DNA of 64,000 nucleotides. Origin: Podarcis cretensis (taxonomy: Eukaryota). Numbering within the stretch: the first letter of the stretch is position 1; the number at the start of each line of letters is the position of its first letter. Below the pieces are notes generated by a model. It was not told the DNA's origin. It saw only the letters and a list, made by a program, of their open reading frames with translations, and searched no databases. The stretch lies in the NCBI GenBank assembly GCA_951804945.1, contig OX638154.1:63426001-63490000 (forward strand). The letters are read 5' to 3'. Below, piece by piece: positions 1 through 14,276 of the stretch. Both the position numbers and the translations under genes were made by a program.

Positions 1-44
1 AGCCTTATAATAGCCCCAAATTGGTTCTGGGTCTTTGTGAATGT

Positions 45-410
45 AAAAAGGTAAAGGTAAAGGTACCCCTGCCCATACGGGCCAGTCTTGACAGACTCTG
101 GGGTTGTGCGCCCATCTCACTTAAGAAGCCAGGGGCCAGCGCTGTCCGGAGACACTTCCGGGTCACGTGGCCAGCGTGACATCGCTGCTCTGGCGAGCCA
201 GAGCCGCACACGGAAACGCCGTTTACCTTCCCGCTGGTAAGCGGTCCCTATTTATCTACTTGCACCCGGAGGTGCTTTCGAACTGCTAGGTTGGCAGGCG
301 CTGGGACCGAGCAGCGGGAGCGCACCCCGCCGCAGGGATTTGAACCGCCGACCTTTCGATCGGCAAGTCCTAGGCGCTGAGGCTTTAACCCACAGCGCCA
401 CCTGCGTCCC
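45..410 (-). mobile_element. Full-length Sauria SINE
   Basis: On the - strand the head reads GGGACGCAGGTGGCGCTGTGGGTTAAA with a B-box-like GGTTCAAATCCC, and the tail is (ACCTTT)n. Perfect 13-bp TSD tctttgtgaatgt at 32-44 and 412-424. Confidence 0.9.
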
Positions 411-1517
411 TTCTTTGTGAATGTGTTTGGCATTTAAAGTCCTTAACAATGTTTTAGGGTACTCTAGCATCCAGTAAGAACTAGTTACATTTTGGGGATC
501 ACTTGAAATATTGCTCTGTTGCAGCAAGATGTTTGTAACAAAGCTCCATAGTTTATGAAGTCATATGAAAATATATGTACTTAGTATATCCTTTGAAAGC
601 TTTCAGTTGATCTGCATAATTTTTTTCTTATGCAACTTTTTCGGTTGCAGAGATGAGAAAGATGTTAGCTATCTCGCCTTCCAGAGAGTGTTGTTTACAC
701 TGATAGGATGTGTTTTCGAACTTAAAGTTGATCTTATATCTGACCTTAACTAAAAGACCAAGCTGCTAAAAATAGATAAGTAAATCATGAGGTGTGAATT
801 CCACTCATGAAAAAGTTGCTTAAATGTGTATCAAGATTCACTTGCTCTCACAGCACCTCTGTTTGTGTGCCATGTATGACAACTGTTTTTTCTATTAAGT
901 TAGACACTTAACATCTTGGCTGAATATACCCTGATCAAGTAATCCCTGGACCAAGGTAAATTCGCAGAGCAAATACTACTAGAGTTGTGTTGGCTCTGTC
1001 GGGATTCACTGTAATCATTACGTCCTATCTCTGAGACTAATTTTTACTTCGTCTAATAATAATATTGCTGACTTTAATAGAGAACCTTATGAGAACTCAG
1101 GCCTGCAAAAGATTAAACCAGTGTGCCCAGAATCTTCTGGTATCTTGCCATTCTACCCCCCAAGTGCTGAGCCTAGATAGTCAGTCTGTGATGTCTCATC
1201 ATCAACAAGTTCCACACCTCATTCATCACTCTCAGTGGCTTTAGGCATTACTACAACAAAGAGTGGCATGGAGTTACCGCTTAGCGTGTACATGAAAGTG
1301 AAAGCCCCAGTGGCAAAGATAAAATGATAGTTTAATCTGATGTGCCGTAAGTACAGTAGTGGTGGTTGTAATAGCACTGCTGCCTTTGTCCCGGTTCTGG
1401 AAATTAAGATAGGGAGTCTGCTGCCATTCAGATTCACAGGGAAGGAAGCTTATAATGCTAGCTAACGATGTGGGCTCTAAGTGGTGTTTTGATAGATTCT
1501 ACTTGTGTGCCGTAGTA

Positions 1518-1756
1518 CAGTGGTACCTCGGTTTTCGAACATAATCTCTTCCGGACAACCATTTGAGTTCCGAAATGTTCGAAAACCGAGGCGCAAAGGG
1601 CGGTCTGCAAATTTATAAACAATAATATATACACTCAGCGAAAGCTGTTTGACTTCTGAGGCGTGTTCAAAAATGGAAGCATTTACTTCCGGGTTTATGG
1701 CGGCTGAGTTCCGAAACATTCGTCAACGGAAACTTTTGAAAACTGAGGTACCATTG
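1518..1756. mobile_element. Tc1/mariner-type MITE (CAGTGGTACCTC TIR; distinct internal sequence)
   Basis: TA|CAGTGGTACCTCGGTTTTCGAA ... TTGAAAACTGAGGTACCATTG|TA: terminal inverted repeats with TA duplication. Confidence 0.85.
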
Positions 1757-1961
1757 TACCCTGCAGATAAAGTCTATAAGATATGTATAAACTGTAAAAT
1801 TAAATCCAGAAACCTGAGGGGAAATGGTACAATTGTTGTAAACCACTCTGATTTTTTTTTAAAAAAACTAATTAGCAGCATATAAATATTTCCACGAATA
1901 AAAAATAAATAAATAATTGTCTGAACTTCAATGTAGTGTTATACAGCAGGGATAACAGTAC

Positions 1962-2166
1962 TGGTGCCCGCCCTGTGGAACACCCTCCCATCAGATGTCA
2001 AGGAAATAAACAACTATCTGACTTTTAGAAGACATCTGAAGGCAGCCCTGTTTAGGGAAGTTTTTAATGTTTGATGTTTTATCGTGCTTTTAATATTCTG
2101 TTGGGAGCCTTGCAGGGTGGCTGAGGAGGACTGGCCAGATGGGTAATAAATAATAAGTAATAAATG

Positions 2167-2216
<50 letters not shown>

Positions 2217-2217
2217 T
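1962..2217 (+). mobile_element. L2-clade LINE 3' end with (TAA)n tail
   Basis: Encodes PALWNTLPSDVKEINNYLTFRRHLKAALF (the WN.LP...F...LK..L C-terminal motif of L2/CR1 ORF2), followed by a short 3'UTR and a (TAA)n microsatellite. Confidence 0.75.
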
Positions 2218-5134
2218 ACAGTTCCTGATTAATCAAAGGTAACAATATGTATCCATGCCGTCATTATAGCTTTTATGGGTAGTGTATAACTTTATGGATC
2301 GTTTATTTCAGTGAATTCTTATTGAAAAGATCTATTAAAACCACTACTAACTGTTTCAGCAGCCTGGACACTCTAACCTGTTTGAAATTCAAAGCGCAAA
2401 ATTAGTGCAGTGGAAACCCTTTAGAGTTACAAAAATTAGCACATCCATTGCAGATTGTTTTCCAAATTTCATTGAATGAGACAACTCACTATTATTCCCA
2501 TCTCCTTATAGATGGAGGAGGAGAAGGGTTTACAGATGCGGCTACACAGTGAAACATGGCAGAGCTGGTTTTGAACTCAGGTCTTGAAAGTCCATGTTCA
2601 GATTTCAGTCTGAGACCAAAGTGATATTCGAGTAGCACATATCATAGTGGATGCATTATGCTCGTTTCTTGGTCAAAGTGCTTCAGGTTGTTCCTCTAGG
2701 GCAGGGGTAATCAGCTAGTTCTGAATCTCTGCGACATTCTGGTACAAGCTATTCCAGGGCCATGTTTCATGCGAGAGGCATATCTGCCATGGAAACATAG
2801 TTTCTAGCTGGGCTTAGTCATTTGCCATGCCGTACAACAAAGGCTAACAGCAGTACGTACAGTATGTTGTGAATTCATCTACGTTTGGCTCCGGTTGATG
2901 CCAGCTCTTGTAATGGGAGATGATTGGGCTTCCCAAAGTGACCTATTCCCAAAGTCACATGAGGGAGATTCCATTTGATGAACTTCAGCAGGCAGATGAT
3001 GGGTTGAGCAGGTGGCTTTGCAGGTTGCACATTATGGACAGTTCAGTGCTTCATTATAGACAGTTCAACAAGTATACGTGTTCACCATTTGTTTCTATTT
3101 ATAGGGCATAACACCACACTAAAAAGCGCATCCCTTTCTCAGCTTCTGCATGCATAGTGAGTTGGCAGTATGATGCTTAATGAACCTAGGGAGATGCTAC
3201 CCAAGACAGTTGATAGACAGTTAATCTGACAGTTCTTCCTTTGATGCAGTTCTAATACCCTTCTAACATTTCTGTGTGTTGAGTGCATGTAATGTTCCCA
3301 GTGCATGTTACCAAGCACAGAAGATTGATGAACCTGTTCTCAAGTCCATCACACATTAATTTTTTTTTTTTTTTTGAGAATTAGATGCTGAAACACAATC
3401 CAGAGAACTAAACAACAGTTTTTAGTCACCCATCACACACTGAAAACACTCCATGAAGTGTTTGAAGCTTCTTTTTTGAAACTTAGGGAATTTGAAAAAA
3501 TCTGTTTGTGTTGTAGCATGATGTGTATTGGAGCTGATGTTCAAAAATGAATAGGCTTTTTAAAAGTTCTTGCTTGACCTGTGTGCGTACAGATTTGTCT
3601 AGATTGTGACCCATCTCTCTTGTTTTGACCTGGGACAGTAAATTTGTAGCTATTGGAGTGGGGGTGGGGGAGAGAAGACCAATACAACAAATAGTTTGAT
3701 TATGAAAGGCTGCATCAGATTTGATCACACATGAAACTCCTATGTCGCATATGCAATAAATCAATAAAGTTAGATATGAGCCAGCTTCTCTCTCCCTCTC
3801 TCGTGTGTGTGTGTGTGTGTGTGTGACTAAGTTGGCTTACTACCAAGAAGTATTTAATTAGAGTTGTGTCTCATTAGTCAAGAGTAATTTCTCATCATAT
3901 ATTTCATTAAATGTGTATAAAGTAGGTATTTTGGCTGATATTCAAAGGACCATGCAACTAGTTCTGTGCTACCAATGGATATTTGGATTTTCTGTTTCTT
4001 AAACAACAGTTGCCCGGGCCACAGAGTTGTTTTGCAAAGCTAAGGAGTGTGTCTGGTGTTAAAAGGAAGAAAATAAAAGAAGTCAAAAAGTACACTGAGT
4101 TACTGTAAGCCTTTGTACTCACCTAAATTTGGGGGTCTTTTTTACCATTTATATTTTGCTTTTAATTTTATGTCCAACGAAAGGTATGGAGCAGTTCTTT
4201 ATATCTTGTCCTTTGCCTGTGAAACTTTCATTTATTTATTTTTACACTGACTTGGAAACTGTGTTCTAAATCCTAGATGTTGAAGAGTTAAGCATTCCAC
4301 AGATTGCATTTCTCAGTTCCTTTTGTTTTCAAACCAGAATTATTAGCTGTCATTGTTTAAGCGATATTATATATATTAATCTCATATTTTCCTTTACAAG
4401 TATCTTAAATGCACAACCACCACATTCATGTAGATAGTTTCAGTGCTGTCGCTCAGATTGAAGCGCATGATATTGAAATAATTGGTTTTTCAGTTAATTG
4501 ACTTGGCATCCTACAAAGGGACTTCATGGCATATTTAAAAGTATTTATGAATTCATTTCGTGGATTGTGGAAACCAGAATGCAGATTGTTAATGTGCAGG
4601 GTTAAATATAGAGAATGGTACTTTTGCTGTTCTCATTTATAACTATGTTTAAATGGCTGGTGTGCCTACAGGCATAGCTAACTAACTGAATCAGTCAGGC
4701 ACAAGAGGTGCTTTGGTCTGATAGGAAGAACAGGTTTTCCCTGAAGTACTTTTGATCAAGTTCCCACTGGAAACTGGATTGGCTGGCACACAGGTTTCTG
4801 TTTTGACTTCACAATGTAAATTCCAGATGGAGCATCATTTTTCTCACAACAGCTTCCTTGAATTCTATGCATTGGCATAGTTCTGTTTCATGGATACTAT
4901 TACAGCTGTGTTTTTTTCTTTATGTGCCCCAAATTGACCCAATATTTTGAGGAAGATGTCTGTTAGTTTAAAAGGGACTCCTGTATTGTTGTTAGTCGTT
5001 TCCATTTATTCCTCTTGGATTTTATGCCACTTTTCCACACACAAACCCTTTCCCACAGGGTGAATAGCATTTTATTCAATTACAATTAGAAATAACAATT
5101 CCAAGCAATTTTTATTTTATTTTAAATTGTAATA

Positions 5135-5376
5135 CAGTGGTACCTCGGGTTACATACGCTTCAGGTTACATACGCTTCAGGTTACAGACTCCACTAACCC
5201 AGAAATATTACCTTGGGTTAAGAACTTCGCTTCAGGATGAGAACAGAAATCGTGCAGCAGCAGCACAGCGGCAGCAGGAGGCCCCATTATCTAAAGTGGT
5301 GCTTCAGATTAAGAACAGTTTCAGGTTAAGAACAGACCTCTGGAATGAATTAAGTACGTAACCAGAGGTACCACTG
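5135..5376. mobile_element. Tc1/mariner-type MITE, family A copy 1 (inverted relative to the other three copies)
   Basis: TA|CAGTGGTACCTCGGGTTA ... GAGGTACCACTG|TA. It is the reverse complement of the copies at 12896, 15453 and 50485 and has an extra 17-bp subterminal repeat. Confidence 0.9.
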
Positions 5377-6066
5377 TATAAGAAAACAGTGAAAGTACAG
5401 AATCAGGGAGCAACACAGCAACTTCAAGACGAAATACAGAAAATGGTGTCCTTTATTAGTGACCATCAAAAAGAAGAGACACAAGGGGTGAAATGTATTT
5501 TCCAAGCCAAGGGATGAAATTCTAGACCCGTGGTGCCATTGTGGAGAAGACCCTGGCATAAATACTCTTTCAGCAGCTGTGCCATTTGCTATCTTCTCTT
5601 GGCAGGGATCTAACACTCGGAGGGGCAGAAGTTAAAGTTTGTATAGAAGGTTCTGCTTTCTGACCCCATGAAGCTCAGGCTTAAAGACTGTTCTCTAAAA
5701 TGAGAGATGCCATCTTGGTCAAGTCATGTCTTCTATCCTCAAAGTTTTGCCTTTTTGTTGCTTATTCGTTTACAACAGAATGGGATAATTTTTTGTGTTA
5801 TAGAATCCTATGTTCCAGGATGCAGATCTCAGTATGTGTGTGAACCAGTGGGTTCTCCACCTCCATACTGCCAAGATGCACCTTTTTTGTTGGCTCTTTA
5901 AAATCTATTAAATGAGTGCGGTATTTTTGAAACTTACATGATACAACCATCAAATGTTAATGGTGGTAAGAAACAGGGCAAAAAGCACCACATGCAGAGT
6001 CATTGGTAGCAGTGACAGTCTTGTTCCTAATGTATCAAAGGAGTCCCTATCTCCTACTTTGTAACC

Positions 6067-6319
6067 CAGGGGGATGCCAATGTAGTGCTTGTGGCTGCCT
6101 GTGTGTCCACCAATAACTCCTGTAGCAGCTGTGAAATGTCTTGGTTTCCACAATGCATGAGATTCCTGTTTGCACTGGCTCATCTTCTTCTACATGTCTC
6201 CATAGCAGCCATTTTGTGTTACACCACACTCCCATGACAATCATTTTTTGACTGGAGCCTTCAGCAGTTTCTCACAATTCCAAATGCATCCACTGGCCCT
6301 AAAAGGTTGGTGACTCTTG
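6067..6319. mobile_element. Degraded hAT-type MITE
   Basis: CAGGGGGATGCCAA ... GGTTGGTGACTCTTG termini. The 8-bp flanks ttgtaacc / ctttaacc match at 6 of 8. Confidence 0.5.
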
Positions 6320-9300
6320 CTTTAACCCATCCTGCTGGCTAGCAGCAAAGAGGCATGGGTGAAATCACAGGATGATTCCCCTAGCAGTACAGTAATGTCC
6401 CGATGCTTCATAATGCAGTACAGGCCCAGGACAACATGAGTCATCTTTATTTGTCCTAAGCACTCCATCCTCCTCATTTGGAATTTGGGCCTGAAAGGAA
6501 AAGCATGGATGCCTGGAGTGTAAGTTGTAAGCAAGCACATTTTGTGATATTGCATAGCATCATTGCTGATCACAGTGCACATCTGTTAAGACCTTGGCTT
6601 TAGCCTCCAATCTGTGAGGTTTGTGGAGTTTGGTTTGAGGTGTTATGCATTTTCTTACCGGTGGTGTTATCTGAAATTTGGTGTTGGTTACAATGGACTC
6701 TAAAGCATTATCTCTGAAAGAAGGCATCAAAGAATATTTCTAGATATTTCTCTGTTCCAGATTCTGTCTGTAAATCCAGTTAGTATTTTGTGTAAAACTG
6801 CTGTGCAATGGTAGCCCTGGGTGTCAATTAGAGAGGGCGAGGGGGATTTCCCTCCTTAGCGCTGCACACATGATTATTTCTCAGTGGTTCTAACTTCACA
6901 CAAAGCAACCATGTTAAAACAATTAAGTGCATTATGTTAAAACAATTAAATGTGCTATGTACAATTTAAGGAATGCATGCCAAATGCTCAAATTATTGGC
7001 TTCTTAAAAAGGTGTGGCAGTCCTGTGTTGGCAATGTTTCTATAGCTACTCTGATATTTATAAAAATTGCCTTAACACACTGCTTCTTTGCTGTTTAACC
7101 TTGAATGTGTCCAAGAGCTCAGATTTGACCTTGCTGGAGCTTACTGCTCCTTGCTAAAAATATATTTCCTTCTCCCACTGAAATCTGAAGGTGCCCCTGG
7201 AAGGTAGTTTTTTATTTCACACTGGTGAATGGGCACACTTTAAACATAAAAGTTGTTTTTATGGGCATTCTATCCTATTTCACAGTTCACTAAAAGCTCT
7301 TTAGGTTTTTAATTAGTGATGTTTAGTTAGTATTCATGCTTATTTGAAACTAAGTATCCCTTAAATTCCCCAAGCAAAGTGTGTTTGTTTAGAAGATTTA
7401 CTTAACATCTCCAGTGGCACAAGACATTTTCATGTTCTTTGTTCTGAGGTAAAAAAGAAACCTAGTCTCAAATCCTCCTGCAAATCACTTTAAAACAACA
7501 ATTCCAGCTTTGAAAGTCTCTCTCTCTCTGTTCCATAGAAAAATCGCTTTCCTTGAGCTGCGTAAGAAATAAGTGTTGATGTACTAACTATATAATCCTA
7601 AATGGCAACCTGTTTTGAAGTAGCCAAACACATATTTGCTATACTTTCCACTAAACTTTTCCCTCAAAGTAACTTTCCCCCCATATATTTTCATAGGGAT
7701 TTATCTTTACAAATTCTGATGTTGAGTATTTGTTTAGCATTTGACATCCAATATCTAATGGGATTTAATATTTGGTGTCCCTTATTTGATATTTGACAGC
7801 ATTATATATTTAACAGCCAATGGCCATTTTATATTTAATGTTCAGCAGTTTATAGTCTATATTTTATAATCGTAGCTTTTATATTCTGCATTGGCAGTCC
7901 AGACTCAGAAACAGGCTTCATCCCTATCGGATGCATTAGAGGATGTTGTGAATAGGAAAAGTCCACTTCTGTTATGGGGAAAGATTTTGCATCTATCATG
8001 CACACACCACTAAACAGACAAGTGGCCTGTCAGCAGTAATAGCATCAAACACCAGTCAGTTTGAAAGTAGAGGGACAAATTCCAGGCACTCCCTCCCTTC
8101 TCTAAAAGTGATCATCATTGTCAAATCTGACAACGCTAACTACCCTTGTTTTCCCCGTATGATGAATATTTTGGTGGTGGTTTTTTGAGAACAAAAACCT
8201 TTACGAACTATCAACAGTTTTCTCCCCAATGTGATTTAGTAGACATTCATTCAGTGGTGCATTGACGTCCTATAACAAGAACTTTATTTATAATCTGAAG
8301 TGTTTATGCTGAGTGTGAGATGACTGGTTCCAAAACTTACATTAATTTAAAGGAATGGGTAACCCATCCTACTCCCCTGAGTGACGCAGCAGCCATAACG
8401 GTGGGATACATGGGACAAGCATAAATAGAGCACAAAATATATACCACTATGTGACTTGCTTTCTGATATCCCATCCAAGCATTTTTAATATCTTCACACC
8501 TGGTATGGATTAAGGAAATGGCAGTGAGGTTTAACCAGGACTGTTTTGCCAAGTTCCTTTCTCTATATATGTCAAGAATAAATGACTGACAGAATTTATC
8601 CAGTCAGCACATCCCCAAGCTTACTCACATTTTGTGGAGGCTTGTGAGGTTTAAAAGGCCCAGTTCTCTGTGTGTGTTCCCACTCTTGGGTTAAAAATTC
8701 CAATCTGAAACAAAAGCCTAAGCAAAATATAACCTTAGCCTGCTTTTCATAATAGTTGGTGAAAACTCAAACCTGATTAGAGTTCTTCTTCTAAAATACT
8801 GATTCTGATTTCTATCAAGATTCCTGAGAACTGCACTTTGAAAACACTGTGGCCCCAAGAGAATGGACCCTTCGGGTTTTAGAGATGCAAATAGATCAAA
8901 TTTGCATGCTATTGCCTATTCTCTGTGATACTACAGGGAAGTGCAAGCCTGGCCCTTAAATGAACAGAAGGCCAGCCCTGAAATGCAGGAGTGGGGACTG
9001 GATCTGGGAGGTGGGCCAGATCCTTATCTCCACACACCCCTTCAGGCTCTGCCTACCTGTCGGTTACCTGACATCACAAAGATGTTGGGTGAACCCTGTG
9101 AGCTGTTAGATGACCACTGTGGAGCATAACAGAAGTGCTGAGCATAAGACTTCCCAAACGTACCTGATACCATTTGGGAATTGCTGCACAAGTGGCTTTG
9201 AAGGCACTGCCAATCAGCTGATTGACATTGCCTGCAAAAGCCTGTTTTGTCCAATCCTATCTTCACCTGCCCCATATACGAATATCAGGTTTGGGACTGG

Positions 9301-12300
9301 TGGGTGTGGCCAAATGGAAAGGCCTGGTGGGTCTAATTAGGCCCAAGGTGAGAATTGCTTCTCACCTTGAAGAAATGGCACATTATGAATTACAAACTGA
9401 AGCACCACTGGACTATGTAGAATTATTCTCAAGCTGGCCCAATTGATTTGCTATTTTATCAGTGAAGTATGATGTTTACCTCCAACTAACTTATCACCCT
9501 GGTAATATTTGAAGGTTAGAATTCTATAGAACAGGCAGATAATACTTCTACTGCTTATGACAGGGTTGCCAGTTTAGATAAGATGGGACACTAGCATGGG
9601 TGGTGCTACCATTATGAGCTGCTTGGCCACAACTTTCTGGCCTTCAAACTCTATTAGAGCAACTTGGACCAAGAGGAAGCGGAAAATATCCCATGCAGGT
9701 AATACATGAATTTGGCTGATGGGCCCAAGATACAGTGAGTGGTAAGTTTAGATTAAGAAATTGTATACTTCAGGAAATGGGCATGCATATGAGGGTTTGA
9801 AACACCTCAAGACTAGGGTCAAATTCACATTCTGTACAACCATGAGTATCCCAGCGGGCATGACATGGGGATGAAATAACATCTGGGCAGGTGCAAACTC
9901 ATTGACAGGAATTCCTTCCTGGCCTTGATTTACATGAGCATGAGGACTGGATTTAGAATTTTGACTTGCCATGCACATGCAAATTATTACCAAGAAGCCG
10001 TTCCTGTCAACGTGCCATTCTGGGTCAGGCCTTTGTTCACCATGCCATTTTTTTTTACAGTGTTTGAACCTATGTATATGTAATCAGACATGCAGGGAAG
10101 TTTGCAAAAACATCAACTAAATATGTGGGCTTTCAGTGCTTTCCTCACCTATTCAACACAGAAACCTGGTGATTACTGTGGCTATACAGAGGGAAAAGGT
10201 AATAAAGTTATGGTTTGCAGTGCAGGGAGAAAGATATTCGATAAATACTCTATGAAGAGCTAGTGGTGGAAGATCTTGCCTCCCAATGTTTCTTCAGATT
10301 CTTATCTCATTCTAGGCCATTGATTCTTTCTGAGTAACATCTCTGTCTTGGCTTCTTCATAAAACAGAGATTTCAAGGTGATCAATATAACTCTTTAGTG
10401 TGTCTCCACAAAAGAATAATCTTCTTTACAGTCTCAGATAGATGACTCACTTGAGTGGCGTATCTAGTGCTGGGTGATGAAAGATGAACACTTTTGGTTT
10501 CATCAGTGCCAAGACTCCAATTGAGTTGTCATTGCAATGACAATTATATCCATACTGAAAACCAGACTTCCACTGAAAGGCATATATAATATAATTATCT
10601 CTAAAGCAAATACCATTGGAATAAATGCATGTTACTTTCTATTATTAATGCTGCGAGGAAGCTTTGTATCTGACCAAGTAAACTTTGAATAGACCCATTA
10701 CGATCACTGAATTTAAGTGTGTAACTAGATTTGGTCCATTGATCCCAATGGGTTAAGTGTCTAAGTATCATGTAAGACTCAGCTACATTAGTAAAAAACA
10801 GCGTTTTGAATGTTATAAACATGCAACACCAGATGGCGCTGGATAATAATAATAATAATTATAATAATAATAATAATTCTGAGCGATCTTCCATAGCTTT
10901 CTTTTTCTTTTGTTATAACAATTTAATTTCTGACTTATTTATAGTGGGTTTTCCCCTCCTGTGTGTAGGTCCACCCTTAGTCAGATACAACCCATAATTC
11001 TTAATCAAAAAATGATCAGTGTGTATTTTACAATCATTTTCTTTAATTTAAAAAGTGATATATAAAATATATACGCAAGTGTTAAACAATACCGAGATAT
11101 TTATGAAGCTGAAAGCAAATAAAATCAAAATGTTGTTTTAAAAGAATTAACTGGAAACTTGTAAGGAATCTAGCACAGTACTTCTCAAAAAAAATTGTGG
11201 ACCTTTTAAAAAATGCTAATACATTTTTTTTTTCTTTAGCACTGGCATTGTCATCAAAACCACTATCCTGTTATGAGAATTATGGGCCTTAAGCCTGGCT
11301 GCTGAGAAGGGCTCCTTTACCTGGTAAATTTTTAGGGGGAAATTAGCAGACAGCACAAGGGCTATGCTATGAAAATTGTGTGCCCCAGGCCATAGTACAG
11401 CATCAAGTATATAGATATTCTTGGAGGTTCTGCAACCTTTCTGCAGACCAAGAAATTCTAATTTGAAAAAGTAAATAAATAACAGAAGCAATGCAATGAG
11501 AAACATGGGAGTACGGCTTTGGCCAAAGCTGAAGCAAAAGTAAAAAACAGAATGAGCAATGTGGTTTGGATCAAGCATCCCTTGTAGAGAGATATGCTCA
11601 GAAGAGTGTGTGGTGCTGAGGTGTTTTTTTTTCTTCTGATTTTCCTTTGCCTCCTGCAGCTGCTTGTGTCATCCCAGAATCTGTTTAGGAAGGTTAAATC
11701 TCCAGAGCAGATTTCTCTGTGTGAGTGCAAGTTGCAAGATGCCCCCACTGGATAAAATAACTTTATAAGAAGCTCTTCCATTCATGGAACTCAAAGCCTG
11801 CATCCAACACATTATTTATTGGCAGACTCTCAAAAGAACTGTATTATCTTATTATTACTAGAAAGCAAACAATAGACAAGGAACAAAAATATTTCATCAT
11901 AAATGTGCATTGTTTTATAAGCAGAATCTACATTTATATTTATAAATATCCATACAACATTTTGATTTTGCATATTTTCAGTTATTTCAACAGCCAACTG
12001 GCCATCCAAAACACTTTTATATAATATTAATCCTATAAAATATTCTGAGACAATTTCCCTGTTTCTAAATCTCATGGAAATTTTGGCATTCAGATTACCT
12101 GACTATATGGTACCTCTTTTAGACAATATATCATTTATATTGCCTTAAAATTCTTGGCTTCATGGTGCCATGTATGTTAAAAGCTGGTTCCATGAAAACA
12201 TTTATGGATGAATTATAATGCTTTCAGCCTCTGTGTTTACATTGGGAATACTTGGCTGACTTTTAAATAAACTTTACTACCAGGTGGGCTTGAAAGAGAA

Positions 12301-12895
12301 CTTTTTTTCCCTTTTGTGTGTGTGTGTTCATGTGTTTGTGGGGTTTTTTTTTTTACAATGAGAGTGTAGTGTCCTTACTATGCATGACTTTATTGGCTTT
12401 ACACAAACACCTGATTCAGTTAAAACCTAACTTTTTTAATACAAGCAGAGTGGAATTCAGTGCCACAATCAGCAAAAACATTACTCCTTGGCTGACAGAA
12501 CAGTCTCTCCCCCCACAACCCTGCCACTGCCAAGCTGTCGTAGGGCTTCTCTTGATCCCCCAAAGCAGATTTGGGAAGGTGGGTTGAGAAGCCCAATTAC
12601 ACTAGCAGGAGTTCCTAGTATTTTCAAAGTCAACTGTGCCAATAATTTGTTTGTGCTCATACACACACAAGTAAGCATGGATGCCTGTGTAGTTTGAACA
12701 GCTGCTTTTGTCTTTTGGTCTTAAAACTGGTATTAACATTCAAGACCTTTGAAAGCACATCACATTTTTCAAATTTTGGCAAGTCATGAGGATGCGCTAT
12801 AGGAAGTGGAAAGGGACTCTGAGACTTGGAAGCTCCGGTAGAAGATTATAGCTTGCCATATGGCTACCTGAGCTGAAACCTCTTATGTTACATTA

Positions 12896-13120
12896 CAGTG
12901 GTTCCTTGGGTTAAGAACTTAATTTGTTTTGGAGGTCCATTCTTAACCTGAAACTGTTCTTAACCTGAGGTACCACTTTAGCTAATGGGGCCTCCTGCTG
13001 CCGCTGCACCGCCAGAGCATGATTTCTGTTCTCATCCTGAAGCAAATTTCTAACCCGAGGTACTATTTCTGGGTTAGCGGAGTCTGTAACCTGAAGGGCC
13101 TGTAACCTGAGGTACCACTG
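12896..13120. mobile_element. Tc1/mariner-type MITE, family A copy 2
   Basis: TA|CAGTGGTTCCTTGGGTTAAG ... GAGGTACCACTG|TA. Colinear with the copies at 15453 and 50485. Confidence 0.9.
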
Positions 13121-13300
13121 TACTTTTATTTTGTTTGTATCCTATTCTACATTTCTACATACAGTGTTAAGCTACTGAGTGTGAGTGTGGCATTGCAATA
13201 ATCTTCTCCTCAAAAGCTACAAAAACACATACACACACATTGATTAGTCCCTGAAGATTTAGCTTGTATGGAATCTCATAGTCAGGGGTGGTCCTTTGAC

Positions 13301-13547
13301 CACCGGTGTGGTGTAGTGGTTAAGAGCGATAGACTCGTAATCTGGTGAACCGGGTTCGCGTCTCCACTCCTCCACATGCAGCTGCTGGGTGACCTTGGGC
13401 CAGTCACACTTCTTTGAAGTCTCTCAGCCCCACTCACCTCACAGAGTGTTTGTTGTGGGGGAGGAAGGGAAAGGAGAATGTTAGCCGCTTTGAGACTCCT
13501 TTGGGTAGTGATAAAGCGGGATATCAAATCCAAACTCCTCTTCTTCT
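13301..13547 (+). mobile_element. tRNA-derived CORE-type SINE (Squam3-like)
   Basis: A box TGGTGTAGTGG, B box GGTTCGCGTCT, CORE-like GCTGGGTGACCTTGGGCCAGTCAC, and a (CTT)n tail. Flanks are ctttgac / ctatgac. Confidence 0.8.
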
Positions 13548-13668
13548 ATGACGAGGCAGAGTGAGGCAGCTGCCTGAGGTGGTACGTGCTGAGGGGCAGG
13601 GAAGGCAGATCTGTGAGTGCCATGTGGCCTACCTTGTACCCCCTAGGTTGGCCTTCTGCCCTCAAGTA

Positions 13669-13881
13669 CAGTTGTACCTCTCGAACGCCGCAAAGCTGGA
13701 AGTGAGTGTTCTAGTTTGCGAACATTATTTGGAACCCGAATGTCCAACATGGGTTCTGCGGCTTCCGATTGGCTACAGGAGCTTCCTGCAGCCAATCAGA
13801 AGCCGCACCTTGGTTTCAGGACATTTTGGAAGTCAAACAGACTTCCAAAACGGATTCCGTTTGACTTCCAAGGTATGACTG
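13669..13881. mobile_element. Tc1/mariner-type MITE (related TIR, different body)
   Basis: TA|CAGTTGTACCTC ... AAGGTATGACTG|TA. Internal palindrome GATTGGCTACAGGAGCTTCCTGCAGCCAATC. Confidence 0.7.
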
Positions 13882-14204
13882 TATTTCCCTTTCACCAGTA
13901 TTGGAGTATGATTAAACTGCCAGTCCAACCGGCTTCTGTATGTGCCTTGGGGGAGGGTGGCATCTTGTCCTTCACCTCAGGCAACAAAGTGTCTTGAGTC
14001 TGCCCTGCTTATCATCATCATCATGACTCCTGCTTTTTCAACAGAACAATCTTGTGCTTCAGAACAATGCTTGTCTTTGCATTCAGAACAATGCTGGCAC
14101 TGCTCAGGATATCTTAATACCAAATACTTTTCAAAACCATCTATGGTATTACATAGGCTACAGCTTGTATTAACTCTTTCTCCCCCCTCTCTGATTTCTT
14201 TCAG

Positions 14205-14276
14205 CAATGAATGTGTCGGCTGCTGCTGATTTAATGCCTACATCATCATGGAATGTGTCAAGTGAACTAGACAAAG
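14205..14276 (+). CDS. ROR1: ROR1 exon 2 (72 nt; [25 protein letters not shown])
   Basis: Pyrimidine tract ...ctgatttctttcag|CA and donor AAAG|gtaaat. Peptide matches the recalled human segment LVPTSSWNISSELNKD. Phase 1-1 joins exon 3 as G+AT = Asp. Confidence 0.9.

Larger units (their letters stand above)
13283..14007. mobile_element. Old hAT-type MITE interrupted by two younger insertions
   Basis: Left end CAGGGGTGGTCC...GAGGCAGAGTGAGGCAGCTGCC and right end CCTCAGGCAACAAAGTGTCTTGAGTCTGCCCTG resemble the ends of the element at 45531-45723. TSD is weak (5 of 8). Confidence 0.55.

Noticed and set aside
13301-13375. tRNA gene (also heads at about 340-410 and 40146-40225)
   Set aside because: A and B boxes are present but continue into SINE bodies with tails and TSDs. 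There is no complete cloverleaf.
1-14204. ROR1 exon 1 / promoter, or a second gene
   Set aside because: No CpG island or signal-peptide exon is visible. The short ORFs lack homology or fall in repeats. This is the 3' end of a long first intron.
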